DNA of 64,000 nucleotides from Thermoplasmata archaeon (GCA_022750375.1 JAKIVU010000004.1:25076-89075); one strand, 5' to 3'; numbered from the stretch's first letter, positions 1-9,816 are shown. Made by a program: numbers and translations. Notes: generated from the letters alone by a model not told the origin.

Positions 1-200
1 GAGCGAGCAGACCGTGTACACGAACTTCCTCCGTCGGGCGTGGAGGTCGCGTGGGGGCCGGTTCCATTTCGGACGTATCCTGATTCAAGACGACCCCGAG
101 CGGACGTCCCGCGAGGTCTAGGTCCTCTCCCGCCCCATCGTACGCCGCGACGTCGGCAGCGCTTCGCCGTCCCGCGTGCTACCGGTGACGGTTCGGCAGG

Positions 201-680
201 TCATGCCGAAGGAATCTCCACCATGAGCTGCAGGAAGAACTCCCCGCTCCACGCCACCGCGAATCGGTCGTCGGGAGAAATGTACAGCACCGCCCTACTG
301 ACGTTGCTCGCCAACCCGCCCAGGACGAACGAGTACGAGGTTCCGCCCGGCTCGGTCCCGTTGCCATGAACATAGCTGCCGTACTGGCTGTACCAACCGG
401 TCTCCCAGAGCCAGAATGTGATGTTGTGGAACGCGACCGGGGCCGGCGAAGTGCTGTTGTTCCCGAGCTGAGGGAACGGGATCGAGTACGACTCCGAGTA
501 GTAATCGTGCCCCGCGATCACGACGTTGGAAGTGATGTGCCCGCCGAGGCCCGGGATGCTGCCGCTGAACAGAGCCGCCCCGAAGGTCAAGGCGACGGCA
601 TACACGGCCACCACTCCGATGATCTTCCGCCGGTTCGGGGGCGGTGTCGAGCGGAGAGGGGGGGTGGTCAAGAGGCTCAT
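201..680 (-). CDS. hypothetical N-terminally membrane-anchored protein with N-glycosylation sequons
   Basis: ATG at 680; 159 aa. One hydrophobic helix (IIGVVAVYAVALTFGAALF) follows a Pro-rich N-terminus. NxS/T sequons present (NNST, NIT, NGT, NVS). Overlapping ORFs on the other strand are R/P-rich shadows. Confidence 0.55.
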   Translation of the reverse strand: MSLLTTPPLRSTPPPNRRKIIGVVAVYAVALTFGAALFSGSIPGLGGHITSNVVIAGHDYYSESYSIPFPQLGNNSTSPAPVAFHNITFWLWETGWYSQYGSYVHGNGTEPGGTSYSFVLGGLASNVSRAVLYISPDDRFAVAWSGEFFLQLMVEIPSA

Positions 681-747
681 TGCGCGACCATTGCCGATGT
701 TCGCAATAGCTTAACTCGCGAACCGAAGTGGCTCCCGTGTCTCACCG

Positions 748-1389
748 ATGAGTCCACCCCCCGCCCCCCGGCCCTCTCCGATCTCCGCGCCCGACCTGAC
801 CGGGCCCACGTCGATCCTCGAATGGCCCATCGCCTCCGCGGGGCCGGGAAAAGCCCGTCGCGCGCGGCCGTTCGGACACCTGCGTCTCGAACTCGACCTT
901 CGCCACGAGCGGCTGAGTGAACCGGAGATCCCGGTACTCCGCCAGTTCGAACGCCTCCTTCGGGAGCGGTCGGTGGTCGAGCCGACCGACCTTCTACGGC
1001 TCGGGGCGGCCGCGCTGCACGCGTTCTCCGTGCGGGGTTTCTCCCGGGTCGATCATTGGGAGATCGAGCCCGGCGGATGGCTGCCGCTTCCCGAGCCGAC
1101 ACACCAGAGCCTCGCCGAACCCGTAAGCCACCTCGTGCGGGCATTGCAAAGCGACGCGTGGCGCCGCCTCGCGCTTGCACGAGAGTTCTCCGTCCGCCTG
1201 TCCGGTCACCCCAAGATGCGGGCCGACCTCGTGGTGCGACGGATCCACCGAGAGCGGGGTCACTCCATCACGGTCGACCTCCGGGGGTGGATTGCCGCCC
1301 GGGAGCTCGACGGTCTCGTACGGGCGCTCCGGGAACGGCTGCCGGTCCTCCGCTCCTCCGTGACCCAGTTCGCTTACCGGGCGGAGTGA
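748..1389 (+). CDS. hypothetical protein
   Basis: ATG at 748, TGA stop; 213 aa with balanced composition. Competing ORFs are Arg/Pro-rich. No family recognised. Confidence 0.5.
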   Translation: MSPPPAPRPSPISAPDLTGPTSILEWPIASAGPGKARRARPFGHLRLELDLRHERLSEPEIPVLRQFERLLRERSVVEPTDLLRLGAAALHAFSVRGFSRVDHWEIEPGGWLPLPEPTHQSLAEPVSHLVRALQSDAWRRLALAREFSVRLSGHPKMRADLVVRRIHRERGHSITVDLRGWIAARELDGLVRALRERLPVLRSSVTQFAYRAE

Positions 1390-1463
1390 GCGGTGGGGTT
1401 CGCGCCGCCTCCCGCGCCGAGGTTAGATAGTTCGCCCGCTCTGGGCGAAGCGGGGCTGGTCCG

Positions 1464-2195
1464 GTGACTGTTCCTTCCGCCATCCAGGCACGGGTACTAG
1501 ATCAGAAGGGAGCCCGCCGACTGGGACTCGGCGCGGGCCTCGGCTTGGCCGGTGCGATCGCCCTGATCGTCGTGCCGCTCGTTTTCCTGTTCGTCGCGGC
1601 CGACTTCCCCGGAGGATTCTTCGTGCTCGATTCGCTGATGGTGGAGGTCACGAGCGTGATCGTGCTCGCCGGCGCGCTCTTGCTCATCTTCTCCTTGATC
1701 GTCTACCGGAACAGCTTCTCGGCGTTGCGGAAGGTCGACCCCCGATTCTACGTCGCCTCGGTGCTGTGCATCCTCGGCTCGCTCGGATTCCTGCTCCTGC
1801 TCGTCGCGGCGGCGCTCGTCGCGGGGAACTCCGCGAGCCTCCTAACGTGCGTCCACGGGCAGCCGAGCCATGCGCTGTCCTGCCTCGAGTCCGGACAGCC
1901 GTTCGGGGCCGTGACGGCTCTCCTCGGCTTCCTGTTGGGCTGGATCGGGGGAGTGGGGATCATGATCGGCCTCTTCCTTGCCGGTAACCGCTTCCGCTCC
2001 GGATCCCTCTCGGGGAGCGCCACCGTCTACGGGCTGTTGTTGCTGATCCTCCTCGTCCCTCTCGCCTCGCTGTTCGTGGCGATCCCGGACGTCGCGTACC
2101 TCCTCCTCCTGGCGCCGCTCTTTGCGCTCGTCGCCCCGGGGCTCGCGCTCCATGGCAGCCTGCGGGCGACCCGACTGCTGACGGGCACGGCCTAG
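1464..2195 (+). CDS. polytopic membrane protein, unknown function
   Basis: GTG start, TAG stop; 243 aa with at least 5-6 long hydrophobic segments (e.g. LAGAIALIVVPLVFLFVAA, VIVLAGALLLIFSLIVY, LLLLILLVPLASLFVAI). Confidence 0.6.
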   Translation: MTVPSAIQARVLDQKGARRLGLGAGLGLAGAIALIVVPLVFLFVAADFPGGFFVLDSLMVEVTSVIVLAGALLLIFSLIVYRNSFSALRKVDPRFYVASVLCILGSLGFLLLLVAAALVAGNSASLLTCVHGQPSHALSCLESGQPFGAVTALLGFLLGWIGGVGIMIGLFLAGNRFRSGSLSGSATVYGLLLLILLVPLASLFVAIPDVAYLLLLAPLFALVAPGLALHGSLRATRLLTGTA

Positions 2196-2239
2196 TCGGC
2201 GCGAGTCACGGGGAACACCAGGGAGTTCCCCCGCAGCGA

Positions 2240-2692
2240 TTACTTTCGCACCACGACCTGGACCTCGGTCCGGGCCCAGGCCTTCGGATTCCGCCACGGG
2301 TCTCCGTCGTACACCTCGCGGTAACCCCCGACGGAGCGGATGGTCTTGTCCCGCTTGCGCCAACGGAGCCAGTCATTCACTCCGTGATACACCACCGCCG
2401 GGGACACTACGTTCGGGTCGAAGACCACGCTCGCCACGGAGGAGGCGGGGAGGGTGCGGACCCGGATCGGTCCGTCGGAGTGCGCCGCGCCCCGAACCTC
2501 GATGGCGACTTCCCACGCACGGGTCCCCGGCTCTCGGAACACCCACTTGCCGGTCCGCAGCCCGTGGGCGAGCGCCCACTTCGACACTCGATCGAACTGC
2601 GCCCGGATCCGGGCTTCGTTCCAGGGACCTTTCCACGACAGGGACGCCACACGATAGGCGGGGGCGCGCCGGATCTTGAAGTCTACGACCAT
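2240..2692 (-). CDS. GyrI-like (AraC effector-binding/SOUL-like) small-molecule-binding domain protein
   Basis: ATG at 2692, TAA stop; 150 aa. The pattern APAYRVASLSWKGPW...REVYDGDPW is typical of stand-alone GyrI-like domains. Confidence 0.65.
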   Translation of the reverse strand: MVVDFKIRRAPAYRVASLSWKGPWNEARIRAQFDRVSKWALAHGLRTGKWVFREPGTRAWEVAIEVRGAAHSDGPIRVRTLPASSVASVVFDPNVVSPAVVYHGVNDWLRWRKRDKTIRSVGGYREVYDGDPWRNPKAWARTEVQVVVRK

Positions 2693-2853
2693 ACGACTTC
2701 CCTCACAGGGGCAAAGCCGCGCTAGGACTTAGAAAGCGCGATTCCGGCCGCGTTCGGTTCCCGGAGGGAACCGGGGTCCCGATCGCATTCTTCCGGCCGA
2801 GCGGCGGAGATTCCGGACCCCGGCCCAGGAGCGCGGGGTCCGGTGGAAATGGT

Positions 2854-3816
2854 TCACTCCGCGGTGGCGACCGCCTCGGGGTTTTCCTGCAGCGGCACGC
2901 TCGTGGAGAACGCCGAGCCTTTGCGGCGGTACCCGATCTCGACGTCGCTTCCGACCGGAAAGTTCGACAGGGCGGCGACCAGGTCGCGGACGTTCCGAAC
3001 CTCCGCCGGGCCGACCCGCGTGACGACGTCACCGGCTTTCAACCCTGCCTTGTGCGCCGGCGAGCGGGGTGCGACCTCTCCGACCAATAGGCCCGAACCG
3101 ACTTCGAGACCGTAACGCAGGGCGACCTCGGGGCGAAGTTCCGCCACGGTGACCCCCATCCAGGGCCGGACGATGCGGCCCTTCGATCGCAGCTCGTCGG
3201 CGATCCGTGCGACCGCGTGGATTGGGATCGCGAATCCGACCCCTTGCGCGAACGGGACCATTGCCGTGTTCACACCGATCACCGACCCCGAGAGGTCCAC
3301 GAGAGGACCCCCGCTGTTGCCGGGGTTGATCGCCGCGTCCGTTTGGATCAACCCTTCGAAGACGAAGTCGGAGCCGGGAAGCGGCCGGCCGAGCGCACTC
3401 ACGACCCCCGTGGAGACCGTCGGCCCCCCGGGCAGCCCGAGGGCGTTCCCGATCGCGAGCACGATCTGCCCGACCCGCAGCTCCTCCGAACGTCCGAGCC
3501 GCGCCGCGGGGAGCCCGGTCGCTTCGACCTTGACCACCGCGAGGTCGGTGACCGGGTCTCCACCGACCACCTCGCCGGTTAGTTCACGGCCGTCGGCCAG
3601 TTGCACCCGGAGCTGGGCCGCCCCGTCCACGACGTGCTGATTGGTCACCAGATAGCCCGCGGGGTCGATGACGAACGCCGTCGCCTCGGCCTGCGCGCCG
3701 AATGGGCCGCCCCACCGGCCCCGCCGCATCAGCCGGAGGCTCTCGACCGACGCGACGCCGGGGCCGACCGCATCGACCGCGGAGATGATCCGGGTCTCCA
3801 GTTCCGTAAGCGGCAT
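2854..3816 (-). CDS. htrA: HtrA/DegP-family serine protease with C-terminal PDZ domain
   Basis: 320 aa. Catalytic triad context TNQHVV / DLAVVKV / GNSGGPLVD. PDZ-like C-terminus (GLLVGEVAPRSPAHKAGLKAGDVVTRV). Confidence 0.9.
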   Translation of the reverse strand: MPLTELETRIISAVDAVGPGVASVESLRLMRRGRWGGPFGAQAEATAFVIDPAGYLVTNQHVVDGAAQLRVQLADGRELTGEVVGGDPVTDLAVVKVEATGLPAARLGRSEELRVGQIVLAIGNALGLPGGPTVSTGVVSALGRPLPGSDFVFEGLIQTDAAINPGNSGGPLVDLSGSVIGVNTAMVPFAQGVGFAIPIHAVARIADELRSKGRIVRPWMGVTVAELRPEVALRYGLEVGSGLLVGEVAPRSPAHKAGLKAGDVVTRVGPAEVRNVRDLVAALSNFPVGSDVEIGYRRKGSAFSTSVPLQENPEAVATAE

Positions 3817-3932
3817 AGAGCCCCCTCAGAGCGCGGGCCCAGTCCCGCGGTGCGGCCAAGGGAGGCTTGGCTGCGGCCCGATCGGCGGGGAGGCAGGAAT
3901 GGGTTCGAAAGAACGCGAGACGTTCATCGAGC

Positions 3933-4193
3933 TTACTCCTCGAGGATCTGCCCGAGCTTCGCGAACAGCTGCTCGAGTTCCTTCTCCTTCTTTCGGCCGC
4001 CTTCCCATCGAGCGTTGACGATCTCGACGAGCACGTCCGCGACCTTGTCGAGCCACGGACCTTCTTGTGCCTCGAACCGCTTCTTCACTTTCTCGCGCAG
4101 CAACTCATTGTGGGCACGATAGGCCGTCCAGACCCATGGTCCGTAGTGGCTGCGTCCTTCGCCGTCGTCGCTCTCTTCGTGTGCGTGTGTCAT
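3933..4193 (-). CDS. small hypothetical protein (charged, helical)
   Basis: ORF 3933-4232. I prefer ATG at 4193 (MTHAHEESDD...) over the upstream GTG. 86 aa, 116 nt upstream of htrA on the same strand. No family recognised. Confidence 0.45.
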   Translation of the reverse strand: MTHAHEESDDGEGRSHYGPWVWTAYRAHNELLREKVKKRFEAQEGPWLDKVADVLVEIVNARWEGGRKKEKELEQLFAKLGQILEE

Positions 4194-4391
4194 TTCGGTT
4201 GCTCCGGAACGTTCCCGTTCCGACCCAGACACCGCTCGGTCGAGGATATTGAGCGGGTCACGCCGAGACCAGTCACACTACACGCCGCGCGACGGGCCCC
4301 CGCACCGCGCTCGTTTCGGGGCGGCGCGGGCCGTATCTGGTGGTGGGTGCGTTACCGACGGGTTAAATCTTGCGCGGCCGATTTCAAGACG

Positions 4392-5006
4392 ATGCCCCCC
4401 GACCGAGCGGACGCCGACATCACCGGTTCGTCGCGGCTCGACGACCGCGTCCTGGTCGCTCTGCAGGAGCTGAACGGTCGGATCGCCTTCAACGGGCTGC
4501 GTCGGGTCTTGCACGCCCACCCGGAATCCCTCTCCCGGGCGCTCCACCGCCTCGAGCGGGAAGGGCTCGTCGAACGGAACGAGGGCGGGTACCGCGCCCT
4601 TCCTCAGGAACCTAGGATGGACCCGGCGGTCGTCTCCCGACTCCACCCGATCGCTCACGTTCAAGTTCCGCTCGGAACTTCCCCCGAGACCGTGCTGGGG
4701 CGCCTCGCCGGTCATTGGTTCGGCAGCTTGCGCTGGGTGGGAGTCATCGACCGGCCGTCCCAGCGGTTGCTCGCGTGGGCTCGGCGGGACGGTTCCGGAT
4801 ATGTACTGCTCGGGATCCGCGGGGGAAACTTGCGCGTCTACGTTCCCGAGCCTCGCGCTTCGGAGGATCTCGAGGAGGCCGAGGACGCCGCTTACGAGCT
4901 CCTCGCGCACGCGGTTGGGGCGCTTCGACCGCACTCCACGGCCAACTCGGTCGCCTTCCTCCGACCGGGCGTCGTCGGGGACGAGCTCCGGCACGCCGAC
5001 AATTGA
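4392..5006 (+). CDS. winged-helix transcriptional regulator with uncharacterised C-terminal domain
   Basis: The track ORF 3867-5006 overlaps the opposite-strand gene, so I trimmed to the in-frame ATG at 4392. wHTH-like segment VLVALQELNGRIAFNGLRRVLHAHPESLSRALHRLEREGLVERNEGGY. Confidence 0.6.
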   Translation: MPPDRADADITGSSRLDDRVLVALQELNGRIAFNGLRRVLHAHPESLSRALHRLEREGLVERNEGGYRALPQEPRMDPAVVSRLHPIAHVQVPLGTSPETVLGRLAGHWFGSLRWVGVIDRPSQRLLAWARRDGSGYVLLGIRGGNLRVYVPEPRASEDLEEAEDAAYELLAHAVGALRPHSTANSVAFLRPGVVGDELRHADN

Positions 5007-5025
5007 ACGGGATGTGCGCACCTCT

Positions 5026-5523
5026 TCAAAGGGCCGCGCCGCACGTAGGACATCGACCGTCCACTTCGTTCCCCAGACTGCCGCAGTAGCGGCAGCGGAT
5101 CTTGACGACCTGGCGTTCGATGGTGTGGGTGAACACGGGGGGACCGGCGGAGGGAGACGGCATCGATCGTTTCGCCAACGCGATCGCGGCGGTCCATGCC
5201 TCCGGGTCGAGGACGTCGAACGCCGGGCGGCCGGCCGTCAACTCCACTTGGAGGCGGGCACGGCCAAGACGACCGCGCCGTACCGACACGTTACGGACGT
5301 GCGGCAGCGGAGCTTCGAGGACGGTGACCGTCTCCCTCCCCCGGACCAGACCCTGGACCAATCCGGCGGAAACGGTCGATTCGAAAAGGAGCCGGTGGGT
5401 CGTGAGGTAGAGCACTCCGGGACCCTGGTACGCGGAAGGCCCGTAGCCTTCGATCACCGCGTACGAGCTGCGAAGCTTGCTCTCCCCCGGGTGCAACAGC
5501 ATCGTGTCCCTAAGGCCGGTCAT
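5026..5523 (-). CDS. PH/GRAM-like domain protein with C-terminal zinc ribbon
   Basis: Trimmed from ORF 5026-5961 to ATG at 5523, which overlaps the upstream TGA (ATGA). The GVLYLTTHRLLFE pattern resembles bacterial PH-like domains. C-terminal CRYCG...CPTCG. Confidence 0.55.
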   Translation of the reverse strand: MTGLRDTMLLHPGESKLRSSYAVIEGYGPSAYQGPGVLYLTTHRLLFESTVSAGLVQGLVRGRETVTVLEAPLPHVRNVSVRRGRLGRARLQVELTAGRPAFDVLDPEAWTAAIALAKRSMPSPSAGPPVFTHTIERQVVKIRCRYCGSLGNEVDGRCPTCGAAL

Positions 5524-6317
5524 CCCTTCCGCGGGATATGAGGCTGGCCGCGTCCGGTCGCGCGGCGCTTTCGAAGCTCGGCCCGTAGCGGCTTCGGCGC
5601 CCGCTCCGTCGCGACCGTGAGAGTGACCGGGGCAAGATGACCCGCATGTCGCCTCAGGAACCGCTCCGTGCGGCGCGGGTTTTGCTTCCAGCACTCCCTC
5701 AACCAAGTCCCGACCGCGCGCTGAACCCAGAACTCGCGGTCCGGGACGAGGAGTTCCAGGAGGCGCAGGGGTCGTTCGACTTCGCCTCCGAGCACGAGGT
5801 CGTGGAGCGCGTACGTGGCCGCTCGTCGCCGCCAGAGGCTGCGAGAGCGGGTCCACGGAAGCAGCTCCGAGTATCGCTGGGGATTTTCCCGCACCATGCC
5901 GGCGATCGGTCCCGCGGCCAAGCTGTCGCTGAGGGCCCACCCCGTCGCTTCGTCCACCCATCTCGAGGCGAGATTCCAGAGGGTCGCATCGTGCACCTCC
6001 CGATACCGGTCGAGCAGTTCGATCGCCAGGATCCGTTCGTCGTAGGTGGTACCAGCCCAGAGACTGCGGAGGATCGGGCGCAGCTCGCGGGAGGACCTCG
6101 GGCCTTCGCGCCGGCGGAACTCCCCGACGATTCGATGCAGGTCCGGAGCGGAAACGGCGAACGTAGGCAGCGGGGATCCGAGGTACTGTTGCAACGACCG
6201 TGCGATCTTCGGTCGGGCCCGTCCGCGGAGCTCGCGCAAGAACCAGCGGTGCTCGACGCCCCCCGTGACCGACAGTGGACCCGCCTCCGGCTCACCAGCC
6301 GATCGGGTGCCCTTCAT
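5520..6317 (-). CDS. DNA alkylation repair-like HEAT-repeat protein (AlkC/AlkD family-like)
   Basis: Family-typical segments YERILAIELL, WALSDSLA, WRRRAATYAL, EFWVQRAVGTWLRE. Start uncertain: ATG at 6317 chosen, giving a 26-nt overlap with the upstream gene. Confidence 0.65.
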   Translation of the reverse strand: MKGTRSAGEPEAGPLSVTGGVEHRWFLRELRGRARPKIARSLQQYLGSPLPTFAVSAPDLHRIVGEFRRREGPRSSRELRPILRSLWAGTTYDERILAIELLDRYREVHDATLWNLASRWVDEATGWALSDSLAAGPIAGMVRENPQRYSELLPWTRSRSLWRRRAATYALHDLVLGGEVERPLRLLELLVPDREFWVQRAVGTWLRECWKQNPRRTERFLRRHAGHLAPVTLTVATERAPKPLRAELRKRRATGRGQPHIPRKG

Positions 6318-8085
6318 TCTGCTCGTCAAGCCATCGGCGCAACGGGGCAAAGTACTCCAGGAGGCCGGCCGCATCCATCCGACGCTCCCCCGTCAGCACC
6401 TCGAGAGCGTCCGGCCACTCTCGGCTCTGACCCAGCTCGAGCATCGCGAGGAGGCGATGCCCGGCCTCGCGCGATTCGAAGATCGACGCCCGATGGAGCG
6501 GCCCGCCGGCCCCGGCATCCTTCGCGAGTGCCCGATGAAACTGGAACTGAAGGATGTCCGCGAGGAAGTAGCGCATGTAGGGAACGTTCGCCGGCACGTG
6601 GTACTTCGCTCCCGGGTCGAACTCCTCCTCCCCGCGCGGAGCGGGGGGCGCCACCCCCTGGTACTGGGTGCGAACCTCCCACCACGTGCGATTGTAATCG
6701 GCGGGCCCGATCGCTCCGGAGAACACCTTCCACCGCCACCGGTCGACCGCGAGCCCGAACGGAAGGAACGCAACCTTCTCCAGGGCCCGATGGAGCAGGA
6801 GCCCCGTGTCGTCCGCCTCGGGCGTCCCCGGCTCCGAGAGTCCGATGCGGAGGAGGTATTCGGGCGTGACCGAGAGCGCGATCGTGTCCCCGACCGCCTC
6901 GTGGAATCCGTCGTGCGCGCTCTCACGGAAAAGGAATGGTTGACGGGCGTACGCCCGCTGGTAGAAGTTGTGCCCGAGCTCGTGATGAACCGTCTGAAAA
7001 TCTTCGCCGGTGATCTCGATGCACATCTTGATCCGAATATCGTCCGCGTAATCGAGGTCCCACGCGCTCGCGTGACAAACGACCTCCCGGTCGCGGGGGC
7101 GCGTGAGCATCGAACGCTCCCAGAATGATGCGGGAAGCGGCTCGAGGCCCAGCGAAACGAAGAACCGCTCTGCGTAGCGTACCAACTGTTCGGGAGTGGT
7201 GCCCCGGCTCACCAGCGCCTTCGTGAGGTCGAAGTGAGCACCTTCCTGCGGAGGGGCGAGGAGCGGGTAGATTCCCTCCCACGACTGCGACCACATGTTG
7301 CCTAGGAGATGTGCGGGGATTGGGCCGGCCACGGGCACTTGGGCGTCTCCGTACGTCCCGCGGAGGCGGCGCCGTACGTACGCGTGCAGCGAGCGGTAGA
7401 ACGGCTCGACCTGCTGCCAGAGCCGGTCGACCTCCTGGGCGAACTGTTCGGGCGGCATGTCGTACTTCGAGCGCCACATGACCCCGGTATCTTCGAACCC
7501 GAGCTCGCGGGCGCCCCGATTGGCGAGGTCCACGTAGCGCGTGAAGTCGGCCCGCATCCCGTGCCCGACCCGGTGCCAGCCGGTCCACGCGTCCTCCAGC
7601 GCAGCCGGGTCCCGGCTCTCGGTGAGGATCCGTGAGAGGGCCTGCAGGTCGACCGGCTCCGAGCTGCCGAGCGGAACGTGCCGGCCCTTCGCATACGCGC
7701 CCTGCATTGCCGCGACGAGCGCGGTCAACTCCTGGGATTCGGTCACGTTGGAGGGCGCCGCCAGGGAGAGCGCGAGCCGGAGAAGCTTCGTCTTTCTGGC
7801 TTCCTCGGGGGACGCTCGGTCCGTCGTATAGCGGGTCGACTCCTTCGCGAGCTCGACCGTCGCGCCGATCAATCGGGAGTTCGCCTTCGCGGCGACCGCT
7901 TCGCTGTCCAGCGTGATGTGCGTGGCGTAGACCCAGTCCGCCTGCTGCGCCTCGATCGAGAGGTCGAGCAGCCGCGACTCAGCCCGGTGGAGGAAGGCTC
8001 CGATCCCCGAGGAAACCCCTCCGCTCACGCCCATCCCGTGAACCCCCGCAGGCGACCGCCGCCATATGAAGGAGTACGGTTCCAT
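6292..8085 (-). CDS. peptidase family M2 (angiotensin-converting-enzyme-like peptidyl-dipeptidase)
   Basis: 597 aa. Zinc motif HHELGH plus downstream HEAVGD, as in ACE. N-terminal ADWVYATHITLDSE resembles the ACE N-terminal helices. No obvious signal peptide. Confidence 0.85.
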   Translation of the reverse strand: MEPYSFIWRRSPAGVHGMGVSGGVSSGIGAFLHRAESRLLDLSIEAQQADWVYATHITLDSEAVAAKANSRLIGATVELAKESTRYTTDRASPEEARKTKLLRLALSLAAPSNVTESQELTALVAAMQGAYAKGRHVPLGSSEPVDLQALSRILTESRDPAALEDAWTGWHRVGHGMRADFTRYVDLANRGARELGFEDTGVMWRSKYDMPPEQFAQEVDRLWQQVEPFYRSLHAYVRRRLRGTYGDAQVPVAGPIPAHLLGNMWSQSWEGIYPLLAPPQEGAHFDLTKALVSRGTTPEQLVRYAERFFVSLGLEPLPASFWERSMLTRPRDREVVCHASAWDLDYADDIRIKMCIEITGEDFQTVHHELGHNFYQRAYARQPFLFRESAHDGFHEAVGDTIALSVTPEYLLRIGLSEPGTPEADDTGLLLHRALEKVAFLPFGLAVDRWRWKVFSGAIGPADYNRTWWEVRTQYQGVAPPAPRGEEEFDPGAKYHVPANVPYMRYFLADILQFQFHRALAKDAGAGGPLHRASIFESREAGHRLLAMLELGQSREWPDALEVLTGERRMDAAGLLEYFAPLRRWLDEQNEGHPIGW

Positions 8086-8374
8086 GGCCAGATTGCGCAG
8101 TCGGTCAGCGGGTTGTCCGCCACCGTGGCCTATCGGGGGCGCCCACGGGACCCCCCCCTTTCCAGTCGAGGCTGCAGATTTATGTATGACGGGCGTCTGA
8201 CACCCTCAGGGAGACCGTGTCGGACAGGTCCGATTCTCGCGAGATCCTGGCTGCGGCGCCTCTGGGGAGTTGGGGCGCAGATGCGACGCGCTACCCGCTC
8301 GCCGTGATTCCCTGTTTGGGACCGCGGTACGACCGAAATGGCTTCCCGACCTTCCCCCGCCGGGACGAGAACGA

Positions 8375-8602
8375 ATGAGCTCGTCGTTCCGGAAAGTTCT
8401 CGCTCCTTCGTCGGAACTCGCGGCCGCTCCGGCCCCTGTCCCACCCCGTCTCTTCCTGGGCCAAGCGACGCCCCGCGGCTACGGCGTTCGGCCGAAGCTC
8501 TCACCCGAGGCGGCGGCGGCGTTCGCGACGTATGTCGACTCCGCGCGTGCCCGAGCGGCTGTCGAGGGACGAACCCTCGTCTACACCGTTCGCTGGGGCT
8601 AG
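8375..8602 (+). CDS. possible small hypothetical protein
   Basis: ATG at 8375 inside ORF 8270-8602; 75 aa. Only ORF-level support. Shares a CTAG convergent stop with rnhA. Confidence 0.3.
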   Translation: MSSSFRKVLAPSSELAAAPAPVPPRLFLGQATPRGYGVRPKLSPEAAAAFATYVDSARARAAVEGRTLVYTVRWG

Positions 8603-9144
8603 TCCGCCGCGTCCGGTTCTGACTCTTCGGAATCTGCCTCGGGATCCGCGGCCCCCTTGGCGCGGAGACGGCGCGCGGCCGGACGCGCCTCCTCGAGCGC
8701 GAGTTTCGAGAGCGCATCGGCGCGACCGTTCTGCTCTCGCGGTATCCACCGCCACTCCACCGCGGCGAACTCCCGGGCCAGCCGTGCCAGCCAGCTCTGG
8801 TACGCCTGGAGGTGCTCCGCCCGAACCTGATACTCTCCGCGCATCTGCCGGATCACCAGCTGGCTGTCCCCCGAGGCGATCACGGCCCCCCGGTACCCCT
8901 GCTCGTGCAACCACTCGAGCGCGCGAGTCGCCGCGACGTACTCCGCCACGTTGTTGGTCGAGTGCTCCGCGTAGGGCGGGGTGGCGAGACCGCAGTCCTC
9001 GAAGTCGAGTCCCTCGCCCTCCACCGTGAATCCGTACGTTGCCACCCCCGGGCCCTTGGGAGGCTGGCACGCTCCGTCGAAATGGACGTGCACACCGTGA
9101 CCGTCGAGGGTCGTCACGCCCCTCGGGATCTGGTCGTCCTCCAT
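8599..9144 (-). CDS. rnhA: ribonuclease HI (type 1 RNase H)
   Basis: DEDD context VHFDGAC / NNVAEYVA / GDSQLV / NGRADALS. 181 aa with a charged C-terminal tail. Confidence 0.85.
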   Translation of the reverse strand: MEDDQIPRGVTTLDGHGVHVHFDGACQPPKGPGVATYGFTVEGEGLDFEDCGLATPPYAEHSTNNVAEYVAATRALEWLHEQGYRGAVIASGDSQLVIRQMRGEYQVRAEHLQAYQSWLARLAREFAAVEWRWIPREQNGRADALSKLALEEARPAARRLRAKGAADPEADSEESEPDAAD

Positions 9145-9154
9145 CGAACTCCGG

Positions 9155-9664
9155 TCAGACGCGCCGTCCGACCGCCGCGCCCATCGCGGGTCGAGGCGGC
9201 AGACGGGGGCAGTTACAGAGGGCTTCGGGTCGAGTGCACCCGGGACAGGTCGCTGCGTCCCGCACGATTCCGAGGGGACGGCCGCAGCTCCGGCATTCTC
9301 TCGGGCGGGAGCAGCGCGGGCATTGGGCGAGGTCGGCGGCGATGATCGTTGAGCAGTAATGGCAGCCGACGGGCTCGCGGGGATGGTACGTCAATCCCGT
9401 TCCGGGGCGAGCGGCTCCCCGCCGTTCTTCGGCTCGCGGGCCGGGAGCATCGGGATTGCCGAACGCCCCTCCGACGGTCGTCAAGCGGGGGTCGTCCGAG
9501 ATCGATCCGATCAAGAGCACGGCCATCGCGGGCGGAATGAAGTACAGCCCCGCCTCCTGCTCGAGGTCGAACTGTTCCTGTCCGGTGAAGGCAATCGGGA
9601 ACGCGATGAGGGCGATGCCGAGCACGAGGATGCCCGCGCCGACCCCGAGGATTGCGCGGTTCAT
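9155..9664 (-). CDS. membrane protein with C-terminal double zinc-ribbon
   Basis: Two N-terminal TM helices. Cys clusters CHYC...CPRC...CRSC...CPGC...CNC. Confidence 0.6.
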   Translation of the reverse strand: MNRAILGVGAGILVLGIALIAFPIAFTGQEQFDLEQEAGLYFIPPAMAVLLIGSISDDPRLTTVGGAFGNPDAPGPRAEERRGAARPGTGLTYHPREPVGCHYCSTIIAADLAQCPRCSRPRECRSCGRPLGIVRDAATCPGCTRPEALCNCPRLPPRPAMGAAVGRRV

Positions 9665-9816
9665 TGTGACGGCCCGAAACGGCTCGGACGCCGTTCCCCG
9701 TTGTTAGTCGCAGCGGCCCAGATAAGCCCGCGTGCGCGAGAGCGCGTTCGGCGGTCGGCGGTCCGGGCAGGGCCCCGAGCCGCGCGTCTTTTAGCCCCCG
9801 ACGGGGTCGGTCCCGC

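Noticed and set aside
2-121. An open frame entering from the left edge (SEQTVYTNFLRRAWRSRGGRFHFGRILIQDDPERTSREV, TAG at 119-121) that could be the 3' end of a gene.
   Set aside because: Only 39 codons are visible and no motif is present, so it cannot be told apart from chance in GC-rich sequence.
8086-8374. About 290-nt stretch without a convincing gene. It has a TTTATG element (8179-8184) and a 9-bp stem GTCTGACAC/GTGTCGGAC (8195-8203 / 8217-8225, one G-U pair). Could be a small RNA.
   Set aside because: I found no recognisable C/D-box, H/ACA, SRP or RNase P features. The stem is short and would straddle the predicted transcription start. The region may simply hold the promoters of the M2 peptidase gene and the doubtful ORF at 8375.
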